Shown piece after piece: positions 38,856 to 48,092 of a stretch of DNA of 64,000 nt. The DNA comes from Ruminococcus sp. GTDB taxonomy: Bacteria > Bacillota > Clostridia > Oscillospirales > Ruminococcaceae. The translations under genes and the position numbers were made by a program. The stretch's first letter is position 1; every line of letters begins with the position of its first letter. The notes beneath the pieces were generated by a model that saw nothing but the letters and a program-made list of their open reading frames with translations, was not told the DNA's origin and did no database searches. The stretch spans positions 2,914 to 66,913 of the forward strand of contig JAZLGM010000089.1 in assembly GCA_045616285.1 (NCBI GenBank). Reading direction: 5' to 3'.

Positions 38856-40382
38856 ATGGGAATTTTTCAGAAGATAGCCGATGGTCTGCGTAAAACCAGA
38901 GATAATTTCTTTGGTGGACTTCAGAGGATTTTTAACTCATTCACAAAGATTGATGAAGAGCTGTTTGAAGAACTTGAAGAACAGATGATAATGAGTGATA
39001 TCGGAGTTGAAACATCCGAGGAAATTTGTGACAGACTCAGAAAGAAAATAAAAGAAAGAGGAATTACTGATCCGAAAGCAATTATGGAGCTTATTCACGA
39101 AGTAATTTCTGAAATTATGGGAGATGATACAGGACTCGATCTTTCAGTATCACCGGCAGTAATAATGGTAATCGGAGTAAATGGTGCAGGTAAGACAACG
39201 ACAATCGGTAAGCTGTGCCATCAGTTTAAGGAAGAGGGTAAGAAGGTTCTTGTTGCGGCGGCTGATACGTTCAGAGCTGCGGCTATAGATCAGCTTGAAG
39301 TATGGACGGAGAGAGCAGGTGTTGACATTGTTAAACACGCTGAGGGCTCCGATCCGGGTGCTGTTGTGTATGATGCAATTGAAGCGGCAAAGGCAAGAGG
39401 CTGTGATGTTGTTATCATTGATACAGCAGGAAGACTTCACAATAAAAAGTACCTCATGGACGAACTTGCAAAAATTAACAGAATCATAGATAACAAGGCA
39501 GGGGAGTGTTCGAGAGAGGTTCTTCTTGTGCTTGATGCAACAACAGGACAGAATGCCGTAAGTCAGGCAAAGCTTTTCAGCGAAACTGCTCCGATTTCGG
39601 GTATTGTGCTTACAAAACTTGATGGTACAGCAAAGGGCGGTATTGTAATTTCAATCAAGAACGAACTCGGAATCCCTGTAAAGCTTATCGGTGTCGGTGA
39701 GAAAATTGATGATTTACAGCCTTTCAACAGCAGAATGTTTGTTGATGCACTCTTTGATACAGAGTATACAGCCGATGATGATACTGAGGAAGAAACAGAA
39801 GATCTTACAGAGGATATTTCTGAGGAAACTGAGGAATCAGCAGAGGAGATTATTGAAGAAACAGCTGAAACTGAAGAAGAGGAAACAGAAGATGAATCTG
39901 CTGAGACTCCTGAGCCTGAAAAGAAAAAGAAGGGATTATTTGCAGGTTGGTTCGGCAAATCAGAGGAATCTGAAAATGATGCCGAAGCAGAGATTACAGA
40001 AGAAATTTCAGATGCAGATGAAGAAAACATAACTGAAGAGGAAGTATCTGAATCCGAAACAGAAACAGTTGAAGAAGAAATCTCAGTTTCAGAGGAAAAT
40101 GCCGAAGAAGATACTGTTTCTGCAGAAGAATCAGAAAATGATGCTGAGAATGATGAATCAGAAATACAGGCTGAGGAAGTCAGCTTGAATGAACCTGTTT
40201 CTGAAACACAGGAAACAGAAGAAGCTGTTGATGAGGAAACTGAGATATCCGAAGAATCAGAAATCGCAGCAGAAGATTCATCAACAGAGGAAAACGCTGA
40301 GGAAGAAAAGACTGAGGAAGCACCTGCACCTGAAAAGAAAAAGGGATTCTTCAGCAGACTTTTCGGAAAGAAGGATAAGTAA
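38856..40382 (+). CDS. ftsY: SRP receptor FtsY with C-terminal acidic extension
   Basis: GVNGAGKTTT, DTFRAAA, DTAGR and TKLDGTAKGG motifs, then about 205 extra residues. Confidence 0.96.
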   Translation: MGIFQKIADGLRKTRDNFFGGLQRIFNSFTKIDEELFEELEEQMIMSDIGVETSEEICDRLRKKIKERGITDPKAIMELIHEVISEIMGDDTGLDLSVSPAVIMVIGVNGAGKTTTIGKLCHQFKEEGKKVLVAAADTFRAAAIDQLEVWTERAGVDIVKHAEGSDPGAVVYDAIEAAKARGCDVVIIDTAGRLHNKKYLMDELAKINRIIDNKAGECSREVLLVLDATTGQNAVSQAKLFSETAPISGIVLTKLDGTAKGGIVISIKNELGIPVKLIGVGEKIDDLQPFNSRMFVDALFDTEYTADDDTEEETEDLTEDISEETEESAEEIIEETAETEEEETEDESAETPEPEKKKKGLFAGWFGKSEESENDAEAEITEEISDADEENITEEEVSESETETVEEEISVSEENAEEDTVSAEESENDAENDESEIQAEEVSLNEPVSETQETEEAVDEETEISEESEIAAEDSSTEENAEEEKTEEAPAPEKKKGFFSRLFGKKDK

Positions 40383-40384
40383 AA

Positions 40385-40984
40385 ATGGAAAAAATAAATA
40401 TACTTACCGTTGCGACAAACAATAAAAACAAACTCAGAGAAATCTGTGAAATATTTGAACCACTCGGGATTAAGGTACAGTCACAGGGTGAGGCAGGTGT
40501 AAATGTTGATCCTGATGAAAACGGAAAGACATTCCATGACAATTCTGAGATAAAGGCAGAGGCTGTGTTTAATGCAATTGCTGAGAATAATTCAGAAAAA
40601 ACAGCTGTAATTGCGGATGACAGCGGACTTTGTGTTGATGCACTTGACGGTGGTCCCGGAGTATATTCGGCAAGATATGCACCAAAAGGTGAAGAATGTG
40701 GAAAGCTTCTTGATGAGATGAAGGATGTCCCTGATAATAAGAGAACAGCACGTTTCAAGTGTGACATAACACTTATTGATACAGAGGGAAACAAGTCACA
40801 TTTTGAGGGTGTCTGCGAAGGAAAAATCGGCTATGAGGAAAAGGGTACAAACGGATTCGGATATGATCCTGTATTCATGGTCGGAGACAGAACACTTGCT
40901 GAAATGTCATCTGAGGAAAAAAATGCAATCAGCCACAGAGGAGAAGCTCTTAAAAAGCTATTTGCATTCATAAGTGAAAAATAA
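40385..40984 (+). CDS. rdgB: Non-canonical purine NTP pyrophosphatase (RdgB/HAM1)
   Basis: ATNNKNKLRE, ADDSGL, GFGYDP and SHRG motifs. Confidence 0.95.
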   Translation: MEKINILTVATNNKNKLREICEIFEPLGIKVQSQGEAGVNVDPDENGKTFHDNSEIKAEAVFNAIAENNSEKTAVIADDSGLCVDALDGGPGVYSARYAPKGEECGKLLDEMKDVPDNKRTARFKCDITLIDTEGNKSHFEGVCEGKIGYEEKGTNGFGYDPVFMVGDRTLAEMSSEEKNAISHRGEALKKLFAFISEK

Positions 40985-41004
40985 AAACAGAACAGGAGAA
41001 AAAA

Positions 41005-41313
41005 ATGCTTACAAGTAAACAGAGAGCGTACCTCAGAGGTATCGCATCAGAATATGATACAATTTATCAGGTAGGAAAAGGCGGAGTAACTGAGGCCATG
41101 TGCAGAGATATAGCCGAGGCACTCAGAAAAAGAGAACTTATAAAGCTTAAAGTTCTCGATAATTCAGGATGGACAGCACGTGAAGCGGCTGATGCAGTTG
41201 CTGAAATGACAGAATCAGAGGTTGTTCAGGTAATCGGTTCAAAATTTGTTCTTTTTAAGAAAAATCCGAAAGACCCTGTAATTGAGGGAATACCGAAGGC
41301 TGATAAGAAATGA
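41005..41313 (+). CDS. yhbY: YhbY/CRM RNA-binding protein
   Basis: LTSKQRAYLR, QVGKGG and ELIK motifs. Confidence 0.93.
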   Translation: MLTSKQRAYLRGIASEYDTIYQVGKGGVTEAMCRDIAEALRKRELIKLKVLDNSGWTAREAADAVAEMTESEVVQVIGSKFVLFKKNPKDPVIEGIPKADKK

Positions 41314-41903
41314 AAATCGGTATATTCGGGGGAAGCTTCAATCCTGTACACAACGGACATATTCATCTTGCAGTAAAATCGGCTGATGAATTCGGGCTGG
41401 ATTTGGTTTTTCTTGTTCCGTCAAAGATTTCTCCGCATCGTTCAAGTGATGAATATGTATCTTCTGAAAGCCGACTTGAAATGCTGAGACTTGCAGGGAT
41501 GTGTGACAAAAGACTTAAAGTGAGCAATTATGAAATTAATTCTGACAGAGTAAGCTACACTATTTATACGGCAGAGTATTTTCGTGAAAAATATCCCGAT
41601 GACGAGCTTTTTCTTCTTGTCGGAAGTGATATGTTAATGTGCTTTGACAAATGGTACAGATTTGAGGATATAATGAAAATCTGTACACTTGCCGTTGTTT
41701 CAAGAAATGACGGAGACATTCCGAAACTTGAAAAAAAAGCAGAAGAACTGCGGAAATATGGAAAAGTTTTTATAGGAAAAACAGAACCTCTGGAAATATC
41801 TTCAACTGAAATCAGAAAAAAAATATTTAAAAATGAAGATTTCTCTTGCTATCTTGATGAAAATGTAGTACAATATATTAAAATGGAAAATCTGTATTCC
41901 TGA
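41310..41903 (+). CDS. nadD: Nicotinate-nucleotide adenylyltransferase
   Basis: GGSFNPVHNGH and ISSTEIR motifs. Confidence 0.95.
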   Translation: MKIGIFGGSFNPVHNGHIHLAVKSADEFGLDLVFLVPSKISPHRSSDEYVSSESRLEMLRLAGMCDKRLKVSNYEINSDRVSYTIYTAEYFREKYPDDELFLLVGSDMLMCFDKWYRFEDIMKICTLAVVSRNDGDIPKLEKKAEELRKYGKVFIGKTEPLEISSTEIRKKIFKNEDFSCYLDENVVQYIKMENLYS

Positions 41904-41924
41904 AAGAAGGGAGAGGTGAAATAA

Positions 41925-42503
41925 ATGCTTTACGATCCTGATGTCAAAAAGAAATTTCTTAAAGAGCAGCTTTCACCTAAACGCTATCAGCATTCGGTAA
42001 ATGTTGCGGCTGAGTGTAAAAAACTGGCTCTTAAATATGGTGAAGATCCTGATAAGGCTTATTTTGCAGGTCTGCTTCATGACATATGCAAAGAACTTCC
42101 TGCGGAGGAACAGAAGCAGATTGTTATTGAGAGCGGATTTACGTATTGTCGTGAGGAACTTGAAACACGTTCGTTATGGCACGCTATTGCGGGTGCAAGT
42201 TTTGTTAAGAGTAATTTTGGTGTAGAAGATATTGACATTCTTAATTCAATCCGTTTTCATACGGTAGGAAGGGCAGGAATGTCCAGACTTGAAGAAATAG
42301 TGTATATGGGAGATCTTGTTTCAGCCGACAGAGATTATAAGGATGTTGACAAGATGCGAAAACTTGCCTATTCGGATTTGAATAAGGCAATGCTTGAAGC
42401 GTTTGCTTTCTCAATAAAGTCTGTGGTGAAGAAAGGCGGTATGATTCCGCTATGTACCGTTGAGGGATATAATTTTTATATCAGATTACAGAAAGACGAA
42501 TAA
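41925..42503 (+). CDS. yqeK: HD-domain Ap4A hydrolase YqeK
   Basis: RYQHS, GLLHDICK and HTVG motifs; follows nadD. Confidence 0.92.
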   Translation: MLYDPDVKKKFLKEQLSPKRYQHSVNVAAECKKLALKYGEDPDKAYFAGLLHDICKELPAEEQKQIVIESGFTYCREELETRSLWHAIAGASFVKSNFGVEDIDILNSIRFHTVGRAGMSRLEEIVYMGDLVSADRDYKDVDKMRKLAYSDLNKAMLEAFAFSIKSVVKKGGMIPLCTVEGYNFYIRLQKDE

Positions 42504-42533
42504 TTCAGCGGTTAAGGAGAGAGGATTCAGATT

Positions 42534-44144
42534 ATGCAGAACGGTAGGAACTCTGATATTGAACAAAATGATAAAAAGAAAAAAGTCAGACCTCTTAAAC
42601 TTGTAAACAGGGAAACATCTGTTAATGTTGATCCGACTAAAGGTCCCGAACCTGAAACGAAAAAATATGGCGGAAGTCATGTCGCAAGAAAAAACTATGT
42701 CTATGGTATTGATTCGGACAGTATGAAAAAAGGCAGTCACATGGGAAAATATGAGGCTAAGCCGATAGACTGGGAAAAATATTCGGAGGCTGAGACGGTT
42801 AAAGAGTCGGAGTATGAGATTACTGAAATCGAAGAAAACTCTGAAAATCGGCCTGTCTCAGGTAATCTTGTTCTGAAAAAACGTGTGTTTGCAGAATCAG
42901 ACACAAGAAAAAAACGTAAGGACGGGGAAAAGAAGAATATGAGTAAGGAAAAAAACAAAAAAGTCAAAAAAAAGGGTAACGTGGATTTGCTTATTTCATT
43001 GCTGTCTGTTTTGATGAGTCTGGTGATGATATGTCTTCTTGTGATTTATATGCCTATATTCAGAGATTCTGTAACACAGAAAAGAGTATCTGCGATGTAC
43101 CTTTTTAAAAACTGGCAGCCGCTTGTAAGTGTTGAGGGTAAGATTGACAAGACAAAGGCTGACATTCAGATTGATGAAGAAAAGGTAGATGAAGATTTTT
43201 CTGATGGTCTTGATTTGCCTCAGCTTGTTGAAGGACAGTTCAGCGTTTTACTGCTTGGATTTGATGAAGATGTTTTCAATACTGATGTAATATGGGTTTG
43301 TCAGTTTGATATAGGACACGGAAAACTAAATATATTACAGGTTCCGAGAGATTGCTGTCTGCCTGATTATACAACAAGTGCAACAGGAAAAATCAACAGC
43401 GTATATACAATGGGTAATCCTTATGTTAATCCCCCTGTACAGCGTGTAGTAAATGCGATTCAGGAGAATTTTGGAATACCGATTGACGCATATATCACAA
43501 CGGTATGCTATGATATTGTAGATATGGTCGACCTTATAGGCGGAATTCCTATACACATTGACAATGAGATTGTTTATGAGGCTGATAAGATAATCCCTGC
43601 AGGAGATATTGTTCTCAGCGGCGCACAGGCTGAATGGTTTATTCGATTCAGAAGAGAGTGGCTTGAAGGTGATATCGGAAGAATGCAGAATCAGAGAAGA
43701 TTTATGGCGGCGGCTATGAATAAACTCATCAGTATAGTAAATGATGAGGGAAAACTGAAACTTTACAGTTACATGAAGGAAATATATAATAATGAATATA
43801 TATATACCGACATGACGCTTGAGAATATAAGTATGCTTGCTGATTTTGCATCAACTCTATCAATGGATGATGTGCAGGTAAATATGGTTCCAGGGGAAGG
43901 CGCAAAATACTATGCCCCCGACGGAAAAGAATATGATGTATATTCAGTTCATAAGTTTGAGACAATAGATATGCTTAATGCCTATTTCAGACCATATCAA
44001 AAAATTATGACAGCAAGTATGACTTCGATTGTTGAACTTGTAAAGAATCACACATATAATGTATATGACGATACAGGAACAACTTTAGAGGAAATTGAGG
44101 ATTCGACAGAACCAAAGAGAGATCCTGCTAAAGCGGTAAGATAA
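42534..44144 (+). CDS. LCP (LytR-CpsA-Psr) family protein
   Basis: Single TM, then TD, VPRD, GKINS and GDIGRMQNQR motifs. Confidence 0.9.
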   Translation: MQNGRNSDIEQNDKKKKVRPLKLVNRETSVNVDPTKGPEPETKKYGGSHVARKNYVYGIDSDSMKKGSHMGKYEAKPIDWEKYSEAETVKESEYEITEIEENSENRPVSGNLVLKKRVFAESDTRKKRKDGEKKNMSKEKNKKVKKKGNVDLLISLLSVLMSLVMICLLVIYMPIFRDSVTQKRVSAMYLFKNWQPLVSVEGKIDKTKADIQIDEEKVDEDFSDGLDLPQLVEGQFSVLLLGFDEDVFNTDVIWVCQFDIGHGKLNILQVPRDCCLPDYTTSATGKINSVYTMGNPYVNPPVQRVVNAIQENFGIPIDAYITTVCYDIVDMVDLIGGIPIHIDNEIVYEADKIIPAGDIVLSGAQAEWFIRFRREWLEGDIGRMQNQRRFMAAAMNKLISIVNDEGKLKLYSYMKEIYNNEYIYTDMTLENISMLADFASTLSMDDVQVNMVPGEGAKYYAPDGKEYDVYSVHKFETIDMLNAYFRPYQKIMTASMTSIVELVKNHTYNVYDDTGTTLEEIEDSTEPKRDPAKAVR

Positions 44145-44164
44145 ACTTCGGAAAGGAAAAGAAA

Positions 44165-44527
44165 ATGAATACACAGGAAAAACTTGAACTTATAGTGAAA
44201 ACTCTTGACACAAAGAAGGGTGAGGACATACAGGCACTTAAAATCGGTGATCTTACAATTCTTGCTGACTACTTTGTGATTGTGAATGGTACCAGCAATA
44301 CACACGCAAGAACTCTTGCAGATGAGGTTGAATTTCAGCTTTCACAGAAGGGAATTGAACCTGCAAGAAGAGAATCTGATACAGGAAATACATGGATAAT
44401 TCTTGATTATTCAGATATTATTGTTCACGTGTTCTGCAAGGATGCAAGGGAATTCTACAAGCTTGAAGGTCTTTGGGCAGACGGACAGCCTGTTGACATA
44501 AGCAATATTATAGATAACAACAACTGA
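44165..44527 (+). CDS. rsfS: Ribosome silencing factor
   Basis: KKGEDI, ADYFVI, WIILDY.DIIVHVF and REFYKLE.LW motifs. Confidence 0.96.
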   Translation: MNTQEKLELIVKTLDTKKGEDIQALKIGDLTILADYFVIVNGTSNTHARTLADEVEFQLSQKGIEPARRESDTGNTWIILDYSDIIVHVFCKDAREFYKLEGLWADGQPVDISNIIDNNN

Positions 44528-44563
44528 TAAAAAAACTCCCGAAATCAATCGGGAGTTTTTTAT
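44528..44563. terminator. Bidirectional intrinsic terminator
   Basis: aaaaaactcccga-aatcaa-tcgggagtttttt between convergent genes. Confidence 0.88.
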
Positions 44564-45273
44564 TATTCTTTTACACGTGAATAAACTTCTTTTTCTCCTG
44601 TATCAATATACGTGAGATTCAGCGTATCACCGTCTATTTCGTATGTGTATTTTACAGAAGATGCGTTTTCATCAATGAGTCCGAAGTTTTCACTGAACAT
44701 TTCAAGCACACCGTCATTTGTTTCGTACTGACAGAAATTAACGACGTTAATTTTAAAATTCGGACCGTCAATGTAAGCTTCAATGTTAACTTTATCAGTT
44801 TCACATCCGAGGTAATTTGCGATAAGTTCAAAATATCTTCCGCCTGTCATGGTATAGGTGCCGTCATAGGTACTTGAATCAGGTTCACCCTTTCTTTCAA
44901 GTATAACTACGTCAACAGTATCATCGAATTCCTCGGTTGCATAAACAGGTTTAAGAACAGTACCATCGAATTCAATCATATCTTTGGGAATTTCAGTTTC
45001 GTTCATCATGAGTGAACCGTCATCTGTAAAGCTGAGAGACGGTGTAATATCCATAGGAAGTGAAACAAATCTGTCTTCCTGGAAAGTATAACCGTTTTCA
45101 CCATTACTCCATGTTCCGTAAATATTTTCATCAATCGGATTTACGCTGACACGTGCAACATGGTTTCCTGAATCTGAAGCTGATGAATCAGAATCAGTAG
45201 TAGATGTGTTACCTGAACATCCGCACAGACAAAGAAGTGAAGCGGCAGAAATAAGTGCAAATATTTTTTTCAT
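44563..45273 (-). CDS. Hypothetical lipoprotein (beta-rich, repeated G-T-W/Y segments)
   Basis: Lipobox LCGC, S/T linker; ATG overlaps the upstream stop. Confidence 0.75.
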   Translation of the reverse strand: MKKIFALISAASLLCLCGCSGNTSTTDSDSSASDSGNHVARVSVNPIDENIYGTWSNGENGYTFQEDRFVSLPMDITPSLSFTDDGSLMMNETEIPKDMIEFDGTVLKPVYATEEFDDTVDVVILERKGEPDSSTYDGTYTMTGGRYFELIANYLGCETDKVNIEAYIDGPNFKINVVNFCQYETNDGVLEMFSENFGLIDENASSVKYTYEIDGDTLNLTYIDTGEKEVYSRVKE

Positions 45274-46406
45274 ATAATATCCTCCGTTGTGTAAACCTCT
45301 GCGATTCCCATTGTGTAATGTCTTGTTTTTTCACCATATTCAAGATAATTTATACAATAAGGAAGCATGTGAATTTCTTTAACAACATCCTTGAAATCTT
45401 CTCCGTTGGTCTGGATTCTTACAGGTTTAAAGAAATTGAGGTATTCTTCGGACATTTTATCGCCCTTGCTGAGTTCGTTATATGTGTATACGCCGACGCT
45501 TTCAAGGTACTCGTTGATAAGTCTCAGGAACATCATATATTTTTCTTCTCTTCCGTTATGGAGATGCTTGTAAATGGAAGGAATCCATTTTTCAATTACA
45601 CAGGATGTGATTATCTTGAAAATTCCCATTGTAACTATTCCTGAAATATCATCAGGGGAGTAATCCTCCATCATAATGGAAATTTCCTTTGTTTTCTTTT
45701 TAAGGGCAGTTTCGTATGATTCAAGGCCGACCTCGAATAATTCAAACTCCTCGTCTTCTGAATTTTCCTTGAGAAAAGCCTCAATTTTATCAAGATTAAG
45801 TACAGTTTTGATGTATTTCTTTACAGCTGACGGTGAGTTTACAGAAATACTGTATTTTGCACCATTAAGAATAAAAAGGTCAATGGTTTCGCACATTGAA
45901 AGTTCTGAAAAATCAATTTTCTTTTCAGCCTTTATTTCGTTGGAATTGCTGATTGATCCGCTATTGTCTTTAATCAGCATTGAACTGATTTTTTCCATAT
46001 CATTTTTAAGCTGTTCAATCTGATTTCTGAGTTCTGCATTTTCTTCAACGAGAGTGTTGTTTGCAGTAGTCAGAATATCCATTTTTCCCTTAAATTCCTC
46101 AGTATTGTTTTTTCTGTTGATTTCTTCGAGGAGTTTCTTAATGCTGATAGCAAGTTCTCTGCGTGTAGCAAATTTATCACCGTTCTTAACAGGTGGAATT
46201 TCGTCAGATTTTTCTGCATCGGCAAATTTGCTTTCAGCATCTGATATACTTACGGAAGAAGTCTTGTCAGCGTCATCACCATTTTGTGAATCAGATATAA
46301 TTTTGTCCAGTTCCTCGGCAGATTCAATTGATTCCAGATTTCTCAGAACGATAAAACTGAAAAGACCTGCGGAAATGGAATTGAACAGTCTGCTAAATAA
46401 ACCCAT
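45270..46406 (-). CDS. Hypothetical coiled-coil protein with N-terminal amphipathic helix
   Basis: 378-aa ORF with GTGAGG RBS, consensus promoter and heptad region LVEENAELRNQIEQLKND. Confidence 0.75.
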   Translation of the reverse strand: MGLFSRLFNSISAGLFSFIVLRNLESIESAEELDKIISDSQNGDDADKTSSVSISDAESKFADAEKSDEIPPVKNGDKFATRRELAISIKKLLEEINRKNNTEEFKGKMDILTTANNTLVEENAELRNQIEQLKNDMEKISSMLIKDNSGSISNSNEIKAEKKIDFSELSMCETIDLFILNGAKYSISVNSPSAVKKYIKTVLNLDKIEAFLKENSEDEEFELFEVGLESYETALKKKTKEISIMMEDYSPDDISGIVTMGIFKIITSCVIEKWIPSIYKHLHNGREEKYMMFLRLINEYLESVGVYTYNELSKGDKMSEEYLNFFKPVRIQTNGEDFKDVVKEIHMLPYCINYLEYGEKTRHYTMGIAEVYTTEDII

Positions 46407-46447
46407 TCTAAATCCTCACTTCTGATAGAGTAATCATATATTACTCA

Positions 46448-46476
46448 ATTATATCATTTAAGCACCATTTTGTCAA
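46448..46476 (-). promoter_or_regulatory. Consensus sigmaA promoter (leftward)
   Basis: TTGACA-17 bp-TATAAT with extended -10 TG. Confidence 0.85.
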
Positions 46477-46559
46477 GTAAAAAGCAGAAATTTGGGAAAA
46501 TACGAGATTCAGGAAAAATAAAACAAAAATACAATTTGTAAAAAACAGGAAAATTATTA

Positions 46560-46588
46560 TTGACATTATGGATTTTGTATGTTATAAT
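46560..46588 (+). promoter_or_regulatory. Consensus sigmaA promoter (rightward)
   Basis: TTGACA-17 bp-TATAAT with extended -10 TG. Confidence 0.85.
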
Positions 46589-46619
46589 ATAATGTAAAAT
46601 TTAATTAGAAAACGGAGTA

Positions 46620-48092
46620 ATGAGAATGAAATATGATGATACAATTCGTGTTTTTTCTCCCGACAGAGGCGAATCGGATACTCCTGTTTCACTGAATGAA
46701 AAAGTATACTCTGATGAGCCGATAAAAAAGAGAAACATGGGAAGAATTGAAGTTATGCGGAGTCTGAAACCTGCGCTAAACGGTGAAGCAAATTCAGCCT
46801 ATGTTTTTTATGTTCAGGCACTTACAATGGCTGATTACGAAGAAGATTACGATTATATGAGATACTGCTCAAACTGTAAAGTATATGAGGGTTATCAGTC
46901 TTACAGCCCACTTACTTCAGAACAGCTAAGAGCCTATTTTTCGTGGCGAAAAGACCTTAGAAACGGTAAATATCCGCCTGTTATAATTGCATTTCTCAGA
47001 ATATATCTGAATGAAATTATCAATCTTATCGGTGTGAATGATTCAATGCATGGTTACAGAATTCTGCGTGATATTGAAAAACATTATTATTCGGGAAAAA
47101 TCAGCGGAGGATATTTTCTTCATACAGTTATGACGGATTATGTGATTTATTACGGTCTTGATTGTTCTCTTATTCCTGTAAGTCGTCTTAAAGAACCAAT
47201 AGCAAATCTGAAAAAACTTATAAACTGCCGTGAAGCTGAAGATTCCGAACTTGTTGAAGCTATTTCATATTTTTCGGACTACAAACTTGATGAATCAAAG
47301 TTTTATCAGGAAAACAAAGAGAATGTGTGCAAGTTTACAGCGTATGCAATAAGACGTGTTTCTGATATTGTAAAAGAAAAGCATAATTCCACACTTGCCG
47401 ATAAACTGTTTGGCACATTGACAGTATATCCGTATTTTCCGTTTTATGGTAATCTGCATTTTGTTAAGGATAAGATGAAAACCTGTTCATACAGCAATGG
47501 CGGTGCGGAGATTTATTGTTGTAATGAAGGAAAATGGACGAAATCCGTATATGAAAATGTTTATCAGAGCAAACGTGTAAGAAGTTTTATCCGTACAATT
47601 GAACGTGTGTTTCGTGAGAAAACAGGCTACAGACATAAGCTGAAAGAAGATGCAATGCCTGTTTACATTGTAAGAGAAATTGAAAATGCAGCATACGATT
47701 ATCTCAGAGAAAAAAACAAGCCGAAAATACAGATTGATATTTCAAAGCTTGAAGGAATAAGAAGTGCGTCTGAAATAACTCGTGAAAAGCTTATTGTGGA
47801 AGAAGAAAATGAAGAGATAATTGAAACTGTTTCAGAATCGGAAGAATCTGTCAAGGAAAACAGTGAAATTTTGCTTTCAGACGGAGAATCTGCTTTTCTT
47901 CATGCAATGCTTTATGAGGAAAGTACAGCCGAAATACCGGTTAAATACAATTCCATGGCATCTGTTCTTGCTGACGGAATAAATGAAAAACTGTTTGATT
48001 ATTTCAGCGACAATGTTATTGAATTTGATGGAGATACACCTGTTCTTATTGAGGACTATACCGATGAACTGAAAGGAATGATAAAGAAATGA
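46620..48092 (+). CDS. TerB_N/TerB_C domain protein (Shango SngA-like)
   Basis: Y..LT.EQLRAYFSWR...R.G..LNEIIN.IG (TerB_N); IDISKL..IR and INEKLFD.F.D.VIE...LIEDY (TerB_C). Confidence 0.8.
   Translation: MRMKYDDTIRVFSPDRGESDTPVSLNEKVYSDEPIKKRNMGRIEVMRSLKPALNGEANSAYVFYVQALTMADYEEDYDYMRYCSNCKVYEGYQSYSPLTSEQLRAYFSWRKDLRNGKYPPVIIAFLRIYLNEIINLIGVNDSMHGYRILRDIEKHYYSGKISGGYFLHTVMTDYVIYYGLDCSLIPVSRLKEPIANLKKLINCREAEDSELVEAISYFSDYKLDESKFYQENKENVCKFTAYAIRRVSDIVKEKHNSTLADKLFGTLTVYPYFPFYGNLHFVKDKMKTCSYSNGGAEIYCCNEGKWTKSVYENVYQSKRVRSFIRTIERVFREKTGYRHKLKEDAMPVYIVREIENAAYDYLREKNKPKIQIDISKLEGIRSASEITREKLIVEEENEEIIETVSESEESVKENSEILLSDGESAFLHAMLYEESTAEIPVKYNSMASVLADGINEKLFDYFSDNVIEFDGDTPVLIEDYTDELKGMIKK

Noticed and set aside
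39756-40330. GAA/GAG-rich stretch as a tandem repeat or CRISPR-like array
   Set aside because: Low-complexity coding sequence of the FtsY tail with no fixed repeat-spacer periodicity.
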